In this document: positions 1-15,226 of the stretch, piece by piece | How the letters are laid out: every line of letters begins with the position of its first letter | How positions within the stretch are numbered: position 1 is the first letter of the stretch | Origin: Eledone cirrhosa | Lineage: Eukaryota | Direction of reading: 5' to 3' | Assembly: GCA_964016885.1 (NCBI GenBank) | Contig: OZ024742.1 | Coordinates: forward strand, 187,116,001-187,180,000 | DNA length: 64,000 nucleotides | Notes under the pieces: model-generated | What the model was told of the DNA's origin: nothing | Databases searched by the model: none | What the model saw: only the letters and a program-made list of their open reading frames with translations | Program-made: the position numbers and the translations under genes

Positions 1-153
1 TTTTTATAGTGTTAAGCAATCTGTACACAGCTTTAACTATTTCTAACTCTATATCTTCCTTGGCCTTTTTCTTCCACAGCTTCTTCCCAATTGTAACTGT
101 TGTCACATCAGTACCCAAATGTCGTCACCCAATATCATTATATATTCATATCA

Positions 154-373
154 GGGTGGTGGATTGTCAGTGTAGGTAGAGTGTAGGGCGCCATGCTTTG
201 CAGTATAGAGTTATGGCTCTTTATAATCTGAGTTCAAATCCGGCCGAGGTTAACTTTGCCTTTCATCCTTACGAGATCGATAAAATAAAGTACCAGTCAC
301 GTACTGGTTCGATTTAATCGACTTTCCCCTCCCCCCAAAATTGCTGGCCTTGTGCCTCTATAAGAAACCATTA
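154..373 (+). mobile_element. tRNA-derived SINE, family S1, with 18-bp target-site duplication (TSD)
   Basis: A-box-like head GGTGGTGGATTG..GTAGAG and B-box GAGTTCAAATCC. Body TTTGCCTTTCATCCTTAC..TCGATAAAATAAAGTACCAG resembles the Deu/Nin-type conserved SINE domain (from memory). Direct repeat CATTATATATTCATATCA at 136-153 and 369-386. Confidence 0.85.
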
Positions 374-582
374 TATATTCATATCAACACAGTTGTCTTT
401 CTTGCAGGCAGCTACCGACTCTTTTTACGCCGTGTTCATTCTCTCAACTGATCTCTACTTCGTCGTTCATGTACATTAAATTTACATACATAAGAGAGCC
501 TGCTCAATCCTTTCTTGCCAATGCTCATACATCCTCTACCTAATGTCTATCTCTCACTATTATGCAACATTATGTTACATAC

Positions 583-773
583 GGCGGTGGACTGGCAGTA
601 TCGGTAGAGGGTCAGACGCCATGCTTTGACGCATAGAGTTACTGCCCTTGTCATTCTGAGTTCAAATCCCGCCGAGGTTAACTTTGCCTTTCATCCTTAC
701 GGGGTCGATAAAATAAAGTACCAGTAATGCACTGGGTATTTGCTGGCCTTGTGCCAAAAGTAGAAACAATTAT
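583..773 (+). mobile_element. SINE S1 copy with 14-bp TSD
   Basis: Same B-box and body as 154-373. ATTATGTTACATAC at 569-582 and 769-782. Confidence 0.85.
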
Positions 774-1067
774 GTTACATACACAGGCATCAGGCAACCC
801 ACGATTTACTTAGAGAGAGAGAGAGAAATGACTTTGTTCGCAGCCTATCGTTGAGTTTTTGAGTAAATACTTGACCTTGTGCATGCAAAGGGAAAGCAGT
901 TCAGATTTTAAATATAAAGTGTGTTATAATGAAAAATAAGAATGGAGGTTACAGTGTCCGTCCTGATCATTTGATATTGTGTTGTCTAGGGCATTCTATT
1001 TGACGTTATATTTGGTGTTCTATCTGTATTTAAGTCACAACTTGTTCTTAGACAAGCTAGTGGCTAA

Positions 1068-1205
1068 CGGTGGCGAATGGCCAGTCGATAGAGGGCTTTG
1101 CGTTATTCGTTCTGGCTCTCTGAGTTCAAATCCCGCGGAGGTCAACTTTGCCTTTCATCCTCTTTGATGTTGTTAAAACAAATACTAGTCAGGTTTTTGG
1201 GTCTA
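1068..1205 (+). mobile_element. diverged SINE S1 copy
   Basis: CTGAGTTCAAATCCCGCGGAGGTCAACTTTGCCTTTCATCC. Confidence 0.7.
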
Positions 1206-1789
1206 TTCTTCCTCTATATCTCTTTCTCACTTCCATTCTTTCACTTTCGAACTTTTTCTGGAATAAATCTGCTATACTTAGGTTTGAAGAGGGATGGGTT
1301 AGGTTATACTTAAAATGTTCAAGAAACGCCGTATGTTACTACAGCGACTCCAATATATTCGAGACCATACACATACCAAGCTAATGCCTGCTATTCTGTT
1401 AATGTTTCTGAAGGTGTGAGTATAGGTGGTTGTAGTTAATCCTGAGCGGTAAAATAATGCCTTTGTTGTTATAAGTGTGTGCCATTAGATGGACATCGCT
1501 TCCTTCATCATTTCTGTCTTATCTGGTGACACAAATATAGACAAAATAAATCATTTATCCTCGAGTCAACATTCAGATTAGTATATATAAATACATCTAT
1601 TATATTCTATTATGTGTATGAATTGTGGAGCTTGGGCAAGTTTTTTAATAATCTTTTTTATTTGCATTTCATTTTGTTCATATTTGATTAATCGTGTGTT
1701 AGCAGGATAAAGTCACATTATTTTCATTTTTGCAATATTTATCTTTTTATCATATATTTTATCTTTTTATTATATATATAAATATATAA

Positions 1790-1872
<83 letters not shown>

Positions 1873-1986
1873 GACACACAAGTCTTTTGATATGTATGTA
1901 TACACACACCATGTATATTTATATATTTTAGTATGTGACTTGATTTTGTTTTCAAGTGTCACTTGGAATTGGATGTATTATATATC

Positions 1987-2024
<38 letters not shown>

Positions 2025-2566
2025 CATATGCATATACATATATATATATAGAGAGAGACATATGTGGATGTCGGCACAGGTTTTACACACCAATTTTGCT
2101 GGACACTCCATATTTGTGCAGCATAAATAAATAAATATATAAATATTACTCGGAAAAGTGAAATTAAAAGTAAGCAAATATTTGAGTAGATAAAAATTTA
2201 TTTCGGAAATTTAACCCCCCCCCCCCCCCCAAAAAAAAATATTTTCATTGAAGTGTTTACCAAAAATAGATTTATAATAAATTTCGCACAACATCGATAT
2301 GAAGAGACAAACAGTAGTGATTGATTTTTTTAAAATAATATAGAAATGATTAAAAAATATTGAATGAGTAGTGAGGACATGTGGTGCAGCGTGTCAGTGA
2401 ATTTTGATGGCTATTTTAGTTGATTAATAGACGTAAATTGATAGATATATGGTTTAGGAAATAGTATTGAACTGCTATCGCCGGCCGTCATATATATAGG
2501 TGTGTTGGTTTATGTGTACATATATATATACTTTTTTTTCGTTTATATATATATATATATATATAT

Positions 2567-2760
2567 ATAGGAACGAGTAGGACCCCGACGGCTGAGCTCA
2601 AGCCGTTTCGACGGCTAGTTAGGTCCAGAATTGGCCGTGAAAACGGCTTGAGCTCAGCCGTCGGGGTCCTACTCGTTCCTATTACCCACTCTACTACCCT
2701 AAGTATTGAGTACTTTGGTGCGTTATGGTCCACCTGGTTCCTTACCACATTTCCTTCGTT
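2567..2760. repeat. interspersed repeat with ~115-bp fold-back palindrome (probable PLE pLTR derivative)
   Basis: Arm ATAGGAACGAGTAGGACCCCGACGGCTGAGCTCAAGCCGTTT and its reverse complement span 2567-2682. Homologous copies in the opposite orientation at ~29466-29657 and ~34231-34422. Confidence 0.7.
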
Positions 2761-3291
2761 ATATATATATATATATACTTTGTCTGATTCTCTCTTACTG
2801 CTTCCCCGCTCTCTCTGTTTCTCTCACCTTCTTTCGCCCCCTCTGTCAGTTACACTTTCTCTCGACTGACCTCTTCCTCACACTTCCACTCACTCACTCT
2901 CTGTTTCTCCACTTCTCACTTCCTCCTGTTTGGCTTGTAGTGAGTCTCTTCTTGCTTACATCTCACACACATCGGACGGTCTGTACCCCTCTCGCTCATG
3001 AAATCACCCCAGCTTATGCTGACCGGACAACCATGTAGCTTGTTTATTTTCCTATCTTCGGTTTGCTTTTATCCTTCTATGTTGTTTACTTGTCCCCCTC
3101 GCTTTACGCGAATTACTGGTCTCAATAACTTTTTTTAGTTATTGCTCGCACCAACCTGAGGTATCTGATTTTTAATGCGATGAAATACCAATGATGGTTG
3201 GAAAATCACTTACGAAGAACTATTTTTATCATATGTAACCCATTTGCAACCACGCAGTATTCTTCTTTCTTCTCATGTTTATATATGTATA

Positions 3292-3839
3292 TAAACGGAA
3301 AAAAATGAAACGAGATTTCATTTCTCACTGTTAGTACGGCTGTTACTTAAATATATATACATACTTATATATACATACTACTGTAGGTCTGTATACATAT
3401 ATGTATATACGTATACATACTTATATTTAAGTAACAGCCGTACTAAGAGTGAGAAATGAAATTTAGTTTCATTTTTTCCGTTCATCGTTTTCGGTACCCC
3501 GGCCCATTAACTCACTCGATATGCAAATTAGGCTGCTCAGCCGTTAATATGCATAAGGAAAGTATATACTTTCAGACGTTCAATCATCTGGCAGGAAGGT
3601 ATACGTTGCTGACGATAGCTAATACGCTTGAAACTAGTACAGCGTTCCTTTGTCAGTGTTGAACAAATGGGAAACGATGGTTGCTGGACACTGTACGGTT
3701 TAAAACGTGATGTTTGTTTACAAACACACCGAGCATTATAATAAATGTTCGGTGAATCCATACGTACATATATATGTGTGCATGCATGTATATATATATA
3801 TACATACTACTGTACGTCTGCATACATATATGTATGTAC

Positions 3840-3845
<6 letters not shown>
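3292..3845 (+). mobile_element. PLE pLTR family P1: inverted 5' piece plus unit with hammerhead motif
   Basis: Inverted repeat 3292-3482. CTGACGA-TAGCTAATACGCTT-GAAAC-TAGTA at 3609-3639. Homologous to 7449-8400. Confidence 0.6.
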
Positions 3846-3887
<42 letters not shown>

Positions 3888-4394
3888 CAAAAAGGAAAAA
3901 AAAACAGTAGCTGGAAGGATTTTTTCAGTATATCATCAAAACATTTATTTATAAAGTAGGGAATTTTGCATTTAATCGTGTACTGGTGTCAGCTTTATAT
4001 GCTTTTTCAACGACGGAAGAGTATAGGGCAATTAAATTGCATATTTATACGAATAATATTAAATGGAGAAAACAAATTTTTAGTTTTTACATACATATTT
4101 AGAGAGGAAAGTTCATATTTATTCCCGTAGTTTTCTTTTGTTCTCCGTTAGTGTTGACCAACAAAGGTGGTAGCAGTTTAAATTGTTGGCTCACGACTGT
4201 GTGTGTATGTATATATAATATATAAAGCGTCTGCAGTGTTGAAACCTGGGAGACCACTAATCATGGGAGTACTCAATGCTTGGGGAAATGCAGAGTGGGC
4301 ATAGAAATATGTAAAATATTGACTGCGCGGTCAAGCGAAACACGTTCGTGTCGCGGTCGGGATTTTACATATCTCTGCATATAATAAATATATA

Positions 4395-4430
4395 CTAGCT
4401 GGTCCTGGGCCGTAAAAAATGACGGCTACA
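4395..4430 (-). mobile_element. Helitron-like 3' terminus
   Basis: Minus strand reads GCCGTCATTTTTTACGGC hairpin, a 10-nt spacer, then CTAG followed by T. The 5' end was not identified. Confidence 0.45.
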
Positions 4431-4582
4431 TGGTAGATGTGTATTTGTATATACCTTTTAACTGCGGTCGTTTTATTTTTTGATAATTCTAATCTATTTC
4501 AATATTGCTACGGACTTGGCTCCTTGGACAACGTATACACACAATCACTCGCAAAAGTGTAGCCAATCTAAGAACTCTAATT

Positions 4583-4770
4583 TGGATTGGAAGTATCGGT
4601 AGAGGGACGGACGCCATGCTTTGACGCATAGAGTTACGGCCCTTGCCATTCTGAGTTCAAATCCCGCCGAGGTTAACTTTGCCTTTCATCCTTACGGGGT
4701 CGATAAAATAAAGTACCAGTAATGCACTGGGTATTTGCTGGCCTTGTGCCAAAAGTAGAAACAATTATTA
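4583..4770 (+). mobile_element. SINE S1 copy
   Basis: Nearly identical to 583-773. Confidence 0.85.
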
Positions 4771-4781
4771 CATACACACAT

Positions 4782-5125
4782 GGAGGCACATGGCTTAGTG
4801 GTTAGAGCATGGCCTTGCAATCGAAAGGTTGTGAGTTCAATTCTCAGACCGGGTGATGTGTTGTTTCCTTGAGCAAGACACTTTATTTCACATTGCTCCA
4901 GTTTATTCAACTGTAGAAATGAGATGATAGGGACTGGGGTCCATATCATTCCACTGCAAAGTGGTCGTGGAGGTGCCACGGCAAAAAGGCACCCAGCACT
5001 CACTGTAAATGAGGTTGGTGTTAGGAAGGGCATCCAGCTGTAGAAATCAAGCCAGAATCAGTTCCCGTCCCACCCTTGCAAGCAGGGAAAAGCGGACGTA
5101 AAATGAAATGATGATGATGATGATG
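4782..5125 (+). mobile_element. second tRNA-derived SINE family (S2) with (ATG)n tail
   Basis: A box TGGCTTAGTGG, B box GAGTTCAATTC, central CCTTGAGCAAGACACT, 3' part AGGAAGGGCATCCAGC...GCGGACGTAAAATGAAATGATGATG. The same tail occurs in reverse at ~28915-28990 and forward at ~28108-28156. Confidence 0.75.
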
Positions 5126-5141
5126 ACACATATGTGTGTGA

Positions 5142-5184
<43 letters not shown>

Positions 5185-5351
5185 CGTGTGTATACATTTA
5201 TATGTATTGAGTAATACAGGTGTTGCTAACGCTGTTCTCTGTTTTCGATATTTTGTCAGAGCCTCCGTCCTTCCATACTCACCACATAGATCTGTGTGTA
5301 TGTAATCATTATATTGTATAATGTTTATGTATATGCATCTATTATATTTAT

Positions 5352-5533
5352 GGATTGGCAGTATCGGTAGAGCGTCGGACAACATGCTTTGCAGTACAGT
5401 TACGTCCCTTTACGGACTGAGTTCAAATCCCACCGATGTTGACTTTGCCTTTCATCCTTACGTGGTCGATAAAATAAATACCAGTAGTGTACTGAATATT
5501 TGCTGGCCTTGTGCCTAAAGTAGAAACAATTAT
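5352..5533 (+). mobile_element. SINE S1 copy with TSD ATTATATTTAT
   Basis: B-box and body present. TSD at 5341-5351 and 5529-5539. Confidence 0.85.
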
Positions 5534-5619
5534 ATTTATATATTTATACTTACTTACTGAAACATAGATGAGTTAGCTCCCTTTGCGTGACGTACAAAAA
5601 CACAAGATATATATATATT

Positions 5620-5875
5620 TGTGGGTGTTTGTGTGCGTGCGTGCGTGTGAGTGTGTGCGTGAGTGTGTGTATGTGTGCGTGCGTGTGTGTGGATGTGTAT
5701 TTGCGTGTGTGTGTGTGTGTATGTGTGTGTATGCGTTTGCTTGTAGAAAGAATGTCAGGAATTGGAAGATATATGAAGATATTTAGCAAGTGACAGATTT
5801 AGATATTACGAGGGAAAAAGAGAGTAACATAAATACAGAGGGAGAGAGAGAGAGAGAGTGTGTGTTTGAAAGAGA

Positions 5876-5963
<88 letters not shown>

Positions 5964-6230
5964 AAGTGTGTGTGCGTGTGTGTGAGAAAGAGAGTGAGTG
6001 TGTGTGTGTGTGAGAGAGAGAGTGAGTGTGTGTGTGAAAGAGAGAGTGAGTGAGAGAGAGTGAGTGTGCGAGAGAGAGTGAGTGTGTATGTGAGAGAGAG
6101 AGAGAGAGAGAGAGTGAGTGAGTGAGAGTGTGAGAGAAAGAGAGAGTGAGAGACAGTGAGAGGGTGAGAGAGAGAGTGAGTGAGAGAGAGTGTGAGAGAA
6201 ATAGAGATGGGGAGAGAGAGAAAGAGAGAA
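5620..6230. repeat. compound (GT)n/(GA)n/(GAGT)n microsatellite field
   Basis: Directly visible. Similar (TA)n, (CA)n and (TCTA)n tracts occur throughout, e.g. 1790-1866, 7040-7185, 13680-14148, 62295-62390, 62740-63003. Confidence 0.95.
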
Positions 6231-7034
6231 ACCTAGTGTGATATAGCAAGATATAGAATGCTATCGATATCGATTAAAATACTTTTTTTTACACAACTTT
6301 CCAACATCCACCATGTCTAAAGATCACCTTACTGAAAACAAATGTTCTTTCTATTTTCCGTCTTTCATTTTTTACTTCTCTCTTCCTTCATGTTGTTTTT
6401 CTGTTATTTTCGAAGTCAACCATTCTAGCGTCAACAACTCCATCGACCAATTCCACAAACAAAATTACAAAACATTCTGCGAAACTTACAAAAGCTATTA
6501 GAAATTATTCGCCTCTAAAGCGTTTTAAAAATCGTTTGTTAGGAAACATCTAGGTCTAAATTATTATTGTATTTTCTTGGCGTCCAGCCAATGTTTTAGA
6601 AATTGGTGGTTTTAGTCGATACAAATCAACATTAATATATTAATGGTAGTCATATATTTTTGTCACCCCCGGAAAGATAAAAAGGAAAAGAAAAATGATC
6701 TTTGTGGTATTTGAAACAAAGAATTATATATGGAATTTGATTGGTGTTGGACGATACAGACAGTACTCATAAGGTTTCTGATTTGGTGGCCAATGTCCTT
6801 TAAGCTAGTAGACTTCAGCCTGAGTTGACTAAAGAAAAAACAAAAAAAAATCAAAAGGATTTACTAAAATAGTCTTGGGTTGGTGAAATAAAATGAGTTT
6901 CTTACAGGATATATCAGTATAGTCTGAGAGAGCTCCAATGACATTCTAAAACATCAACTTGATTTTGTTATTCATTTCAGGACGAAGTTATAGTTTCTGT
7001 TTTTATGAAGTAAATATAAAAACACACACAAATG

Positions 7035-7440
<406 letters not shown>

Positions 7441-7448
7441 ATATATAT

Positions 7449-8399
7449 AAATGGAAAAAATGAAACGAAATTTCATTTCTCATTCACTCTTAGAACGGCT
7501 GTTACTTAAATAGAAGTATGTATACGTATATACATATATGTATACAGACGTACAGTAGTATGTATATATATACATACATGCACACATATATATATGTACG
7601 TATGGATTCACCGAACATTTATTATAATGCTCGGTTTGTTTGTAAACAAACATCCCGAATTAAGCCGTACAGTGTTTAGCAACCATCGTTGCCCTTTTGT
7701 TCATCACTGACAAAGGGACGATGTACTAGTTTCAAGCTTATTAGCTATCGTCAGCACCGTATACCTTCCTGCCAGATGAATGAACGTCTGAAAGTATATA
7801 CTTTCTTTATGCATATTAACGTCTGAGCAGTCTAATTTACATATCGAGTGAGTTAATCGGCCGAAAAAGAGCATTATAATAAATGTTGGGTGAATCCTTA
7901 CGTACATATATATATATATGTGTGCATCTATGTATATATATACATACTACTGTACGTCTGTATACATATATGTATGTACGTATACATACGTATATTTAAG
8001 TAACAGCCGTACTAAGAGTGTATGAGAAATGAAATTTCGTTTCATTTTTTCCATTTATCGTTTTCGGTGAGCCTGGCAAATTAGGGTGCTCAGACGTTAA
8101 TATGCATGAGGAAAGTATATACTTTTAGACGTTCAATCATCTGGCAGGAAGGTATACGGTGCTGAAGATAGCTAATAAGCTTGAAACTAGTACATCTTTC
8201 CTTTGTCAGTGTTGAACAAAAGGGCAACGATGGTTTCTAAACACTGTACGGCTTAATTCGGGATGTTTGTTTACAAACACACCGAGCATTATAATAAATA
8301 TTCGGTGAATCCATACGTACATATATATATGTGTGCATGTATGTATATATATACATACTACTGTACGTCTGTATACATATATGTATGTATGTATACATA

Positions 8400-8400
<1 letters not shown>
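7449..8400. mobile_element. PLE pLTR family P1: inverted copy (7449-7860, -) followed by partial tandem direct copies (7870-8400, +)
   Basis: Long inverted repeat. Hammerhead cores at 7720-7758 (-) and 8158-8196 (+): GGTG-CTGANGA-TAGCTAATAAGCTT-GAAAC-TAGTA-CATC. Confidence 0.65.
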
Positions 8401-8439
<39 letters not shown>

Positions 8440-9268
8440 TATACGCGTACACTAACATACAAACAGACATATACACACACACACAGACTTCTCCGTATAA
8501 GACAAGAGCTGAAAAATATCTTTCAACATGTTAAAATATCCCCCACACACGTACCGACACATTCCTGCTGACCGATCCCTCTACCACGAATCACTCTGTT
8601 ACACACACACACACATACACACACACACACACACATATTTGTCTTAATAGACATCTGAACTGTTGACCTTTCAACATGACTGCAATTCAAACACACATCC
8701 CTACTTACCATTATCACAACAAAGAACCTCTTTACTACACACACACACACACACACACACATATTTGTCTTAAAAGCCTTATTTTTCAGTGACTTCTCAA
8801 TCAGGCGAAAAAGGACACTCTTCGACAAACCTACATTTGTCGCAAAATCAATTTTTAACATTCACGTGACCCCTACCGACCAATCAAAATTGTTTTGACT
8901 ACAAGAATTTTAGCAACACAATTTGGCTCGAAACTTATAGTAGTCATTCACGTGACATTCAACAACCAACCAAATCTTAATACCTCTGGAGCCACTTTTT
9001 TCACATAAAACAGGTAGAATTTCCAAAACTGATCTGATTAGAGCAAACATCACGGGCGCTCTATCTCAAAATTATTATTGAAAAGCATTAGAAATGCGCA
9101 ACCGGTAAAAACTTTAAACTAAAACTGAATACTAACCAATACTTACTACTAATTTTTACTTATTCCTAATTAAACTATTTTTCACTGGGAACAATTTGTC
9201 AGCATTTTCTTCTCCTTTTACTAATATATATATATATATATATATCTATATCTATATCTATCTATCTA

Positions 9269-10538
<1,270 letters not shown>

Positions 10539-10624
10539 GTGAAAACTTGGACGGGAACAAAACCAGAGATGCAGTACAAACGAGGGTTTATTAGGTTCAC
10601 GCTCTTGAGAGTGGCAGGGGGAAC

Positions 10625-10652
10625 GACGTTTCGGGCATAAGCCCTTCTTCAG
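10625..10652 (-). ncRNA. minimal PLE-type hammerhead ribozyme motif, within a probable PLE 3' fragment (~10540-11520)
   Basis: Minus strand CTGAAGA-AGGGC-TTAT-GCCC-GAAAC-GTC. Stem I is not evident. Confidence 0.65.
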
Positions 10653-10755
10653 GAGAAAGAATGGGTCGGAAGAGAGTTCTGCGGGTGTGTAGGGGAGTGG
10701 TGGAGAGACATTTAGAAACAAGGGGGGGGGGTGAGGAAAACGGTGGAAGGGGTAC

Positions 10756-10955
10756 AAATAAAAATAAAAATAAAAATAAAAATAAAAATAAAAATAAAAA
10801 TAAAAATAAAAATAAAAATAAAAATAAAAATAAAAATAAAAATAAAAATAAAAATAAAAATAAAAATAAAAATAAAAATAAAAATAAAAATAAAAATAAA
10901 AATAAAAATAAAAATAAAAATAAAAATAAAAATAAAAATAAAAATAAAAATAAAA
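10756..10955. repeat. (AAAAAT)n hexanucleotide array, ~33 units
   Basis: Perfect tandem array directly visible. Confidence 0.95.
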
Positions 10956-11529
10956 AATGAAATAAACAAAGATAATACAAGTGGTGGAAGGGTGTGGGGA
11001 GTATAGGGATGGGGCGGGTGGAGTAGGGAGAGGGAGGCGGGAGTTCCGAGGGGGTGGGCTGAAGGTGGTGTTTGTGTATGTGTGTAGGTGTACGTGTGTG
11101 TGTGTGTGTGTGTATATGAATGTGAGAGTTGGGGGAAGAACGAGGTTCCAAGTTCAGGAAAAGGTGTGTGTGTGTGGGATGGTGTGTAGGTCGGTGTGTG
11201 CGTGCGTGTGGATGGGGAGGGGTCAGATGGGTGGGGAAGGGGTGATTCTGGGTGGTGAGTGTGTGTAAGTGGGGGTACGCACGTGTGTGTTGGTGTTTAT
11301 ACGTGGTATGGATGTAAGTTGCGTGGTTCGAAAAAAAATTGTGAGTGTATGTCCGTGGGTAAGTTCCTAAGGTAGCTCTGTGGAGTGTGCGATGAGTCGG
11401 TGGATATTATTCATGTTATGGAGTGGTTTGCTGGAACGATGACCGGTAGTGTGTAATCCGTTGGTTGCGATGGTCGGAAGTGGGGAGACGTGGGGTGCGC
11501 GCGCACAGGAAGGGGAATGTATATATATA

Positions 11530-11634
<105 letters not shown>

Positions 11635-11721
11635 TCAAATATGAAGGTTCTATCTAAGTCTGTCAGTAATATTTAGGGTGAAATATTAAGTTTACAGATT
11701 CTTTATAAATCTCGAATTAAG

Positions 11722-11862
11722 TAGGCGAATTGGCAGAGTCGTTAGGGCAACAGAAATAGAGGCTTTTGTATTTGTATAGGCTCATTGTACTCTGAGCTCA
11801 ATTCCTTCCGAGGTTACCTTTGTCTTTGATTCTTTTGGAGTCGATAAATGAAGCACTAGTCG
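11722..11862 (+). mobile_element. diverged SINE S1 copy
   Basis: GGCGAATTGGCAGAGTCGTTAG head and CTGAGCTCAAATTCCTTCCGAGGTTACCTTTG..GTCGATAAA body. Confidence 0.65.
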
Positions 11863-12899
11863 CACGGGATGCGTTGCAGTATTCGATACAACTCTCTGCT
11901 TTGATTACCCATCATGCTTTCTGCTGCCAGGAGTTGCAATCGGTAGAGTGTATCAACAATTATTTACCTCGTCTTCTCTGACGATAGACATCTTCCGCTT
12001 ACTATTTTAGAAATATGAATGATTTAAAATATATTTTTCATTTTGCTCTAAGGCTATCAGTAGTTCCTATTGTGAGAATGGGTTGGAAACAACCGATTTA
12101 AACCAAGAAGTTTACATCTTAGAAACACAACTTATGTACCTACTAAGGAGGTGAAATAACTTTAAAATATCCGTTTGTCTTAAATATTGACATGGAGAAT
12201 GTGGTTCGCGTGGGATGTTTATCTAATGTATTTTAACGTCGCAAAGAAAGAGATTTTTTTCTCTAGCTGTGAATCATCAAACGGAATGAGTTCTGTTGAT
12301 TGTGTAAAGAAAGATTTATTGTGTAAACTGATGTAGCACGGCAAGGGTGTGATATATGGTTTCACGTTAAACTTTGTTAACATACACCAAGGACTGAATT
12401 TGTTTTAGGTACAAGTAAAACAGATACACACAATCTATTGGCGTTGTTTCAAATATCACTACTCGAATTGATAAAAGCGTTAGAGGGATCAAACTAAACG
12501 CTTTGCAGAATTTGTTCTGAATTCAATTTCTGTCGATGTCAACGTTGCTTTTATTATTTTTGTTTCGATATATGAAGTAAAGATCGAGAAACGGTTGTTT
12601 GTAGGAATTGTCAATATGTCGGATGGTATATCTGGCAGGGTCTGTTCTAGGTCTGAACCCCCTGATTTCAAATGCCACCTTGTATGCTTGCATAGCAGTT
12701 AGAATAAAGTATTAGCCAATATGTCAATATTTTCTTCTCTTTAATCGACTGCTGCTCCCCCACCCGAAACTTCCTCGTTCATTTTGTTTTCTATTATATA
12801 TACTCTGCCTGTGCATAGAGTGCTTGATTTGCTACCAACACCAATGATTCGCTGTACTAACCCCCCCCCCCCCAAAAAAAAAACACACACACACACACA

Positions 12900-12991
<92 letters not shown>

Positions 12992-13673
12992 GGCTGGCGT
13001 CCGCACATGTACTGTAGACCAAAATTCATGCTGAGAGCATTATTGGTAATACTGGGGATATAATAGAAGAACCCTATCCATATGTGTATCTGTAAACCGA
13101 AAATTGGTGTGTCGTTAACGGTGACTAGAAGTGTTGGCGCCAAGAAGCACATCCGAGTAAAACCAACCTTGTTTTAAAAAAAGGATGACCAGCATGATCA
13201 TGAAGCTTAACATGAGGTCCACAATGCTACCACATACATTAACAGAGGAAAAGGACCTTAAAACACTTGCAGTGGCTTTTTACTGTAAATTTATTGTTTT
13301 TAATAATAAGACGAATCATAAGGTCAAGGTTTTATTTCATGCGTTATCTCCATTTCGCCCTTCTTAGGAAGATGGAAAAAATTGCATGTGTCGCAGACAA
13401 TAACTTCACAGAACTATTAAGGTTTCTTTCTTTCAGATACCATTCAAAGAATTCTAGATAATGATCCTGTAATAATAATATTCGACATCATATTTGAGCT
13501 TGCATTCGATTGAATTCGGCATGAAAATATATCCCAGGAGATTCCCTTCGAGCGGAAACGTAGGATGAATGGTTCATCTTTATACCTACCAACTTACTTA
13601 CATATATACATACATACGCACATATATACATATTTGCACACTTGCATACATACATAGATACATAGATACATAT

Positions 13674-13719
<46 letters not shown>

Positions 13720-13772
13720 GTAGATGTATATATATATATATATATAGATTTATATATATATATACATACGTA

Positions 13773-13900
<128 letters not shown>

Positions 13901-14027
13901 AATATATATAGATATTATATTTATATATAATATATGTATATATATATATAGATATATATACATATACATATATTATATATATATAAATATAATATCTCTA
14001 TATATTTATACATATATATATTTATAC

Positions 14028-14096
<69 letters not shown>

Positions 14097-14100
14097 TACG

Positions 14101-14151
<51 letters not shown>

Positions 14152-14501
14152 GCTTAGAGGACGCTATTTTCTTAAAACACATTAAGAGCGAAGAAAACTC
14201 AAAATGATTAGAAATGAAGCGTCTTCATGATGTATCATATGAAATATATGATATTTTGTGATGGATGTGTGGAATAGGAGTAGTCGTGTATATATATATA
14301 TATATATTCTTTGAAGTGGAAACCAGAACTGGTCAGTAAATAAAACGAGATTGAAGGGAGATGATGATAAGGTGTTAGCTCGAATAGCGGCCAGCGAGGA
14401 ACGTAATTTGTTATATATAAATGCACACGTATGTATGTATGTATGTATGTATGTATGTATGTATGTATGTATGTATGTATGTATGTATGTATGTATGTAT
14501 G

Positions 14502-15157
14502 TTCTTCTGGTTTTATAATTTCACAAAGTTTTACCAATAGAGAGAGAGAGTCGGTTTCTAACATAGACACAAGACTCTCTCATTGGAATTTACACAACAT
14601 CAACTAGGTAGATATGTATGTATGCATGCATGTGTAGATATGGATGTTATTGTATGTGTGGATGTGTATGTTTTGAGTTGTATGTGTGCATGTGTATATG
14701 CTTTGTATCTGTACATGTGAACATGCAGTTATTAGATGCAACATTTTTGGAATGTTTTACATATTTTTACTGTTCCATTAATGGATTGTACTTGTAATTT
14801 CCTAACTAGTTGTGTTCTTTCTGTTCCTGTGAAGCCTAGCTTCTCAAGATTTGTATTAAGGCAGTTACTAACATACCCCAGTGCCCCAATAATCACAGGC
14901 ATAAATCTGAAGGTGTAATCAGGGTGGAGTATCTGCAGATTTCTCATCAGTTCTGCATAAATATTCTCCTTTTCACTAATCTTTGATATTATATTGGCAT
15001 CTGCTTGGCAGCTAATTTCCACTACTGTGCATGTTTTCTTCTCCCTGTCCCATATCATAATATCTGGTCTGTTATGCCTGCATTTTATTGGGGTTTTTAC
15101 TGGAACATTCCACCAGTACTCTTTCATATTATGTACATGGATGTCTTCCATATTGTT
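14502..15157 (-). mobile_element. 5'-truncated RLE non-LTR retrotransposon (R4-like family C) in a (CATA)n tract
   Basis: ORF 14732-15151 encodes HNRPDIMIWD..VVEISC..SEKENIY..PVIIGALG, a PD-(D/E)xK RLE C-terminus. 230-bp 3' UTR. (TATG)n on both flanks. Confidence 0.85.
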
Positions 15158-15226
15158 GTATGTATGTATGTATGTATGTATGTATGTATGTATGTATGTA
15201 TGTATGTATGTATGTATGTATGTATG

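Noticed and set aside
4782-4855. tRNA gene
   Set aside because: A and B boxes are present, but the sequence continues into a SINE body and tail and does not close a proper acceptor stem.
6663-6960. Possible minus-strand exon after a polypyrimidine-TTTAG acceptor
   Set aside because: No recognisable protein motif or clear donor site; cannot be supported without RNA-seq.
10756-10955. Telomere-like hexamer array
   Set aside because: The unit is AAAAAT, not TTAGGG-like; it is an expanded simple repeat inside a PLE fragment.
11870-13560. Non-repetitive-looking stretches with short ORFs (12489-12671, 12832-13152)
   Set aside because: No recognisable domains; they may be old decayed repeats or small exons but are unsupported from sequence alone.
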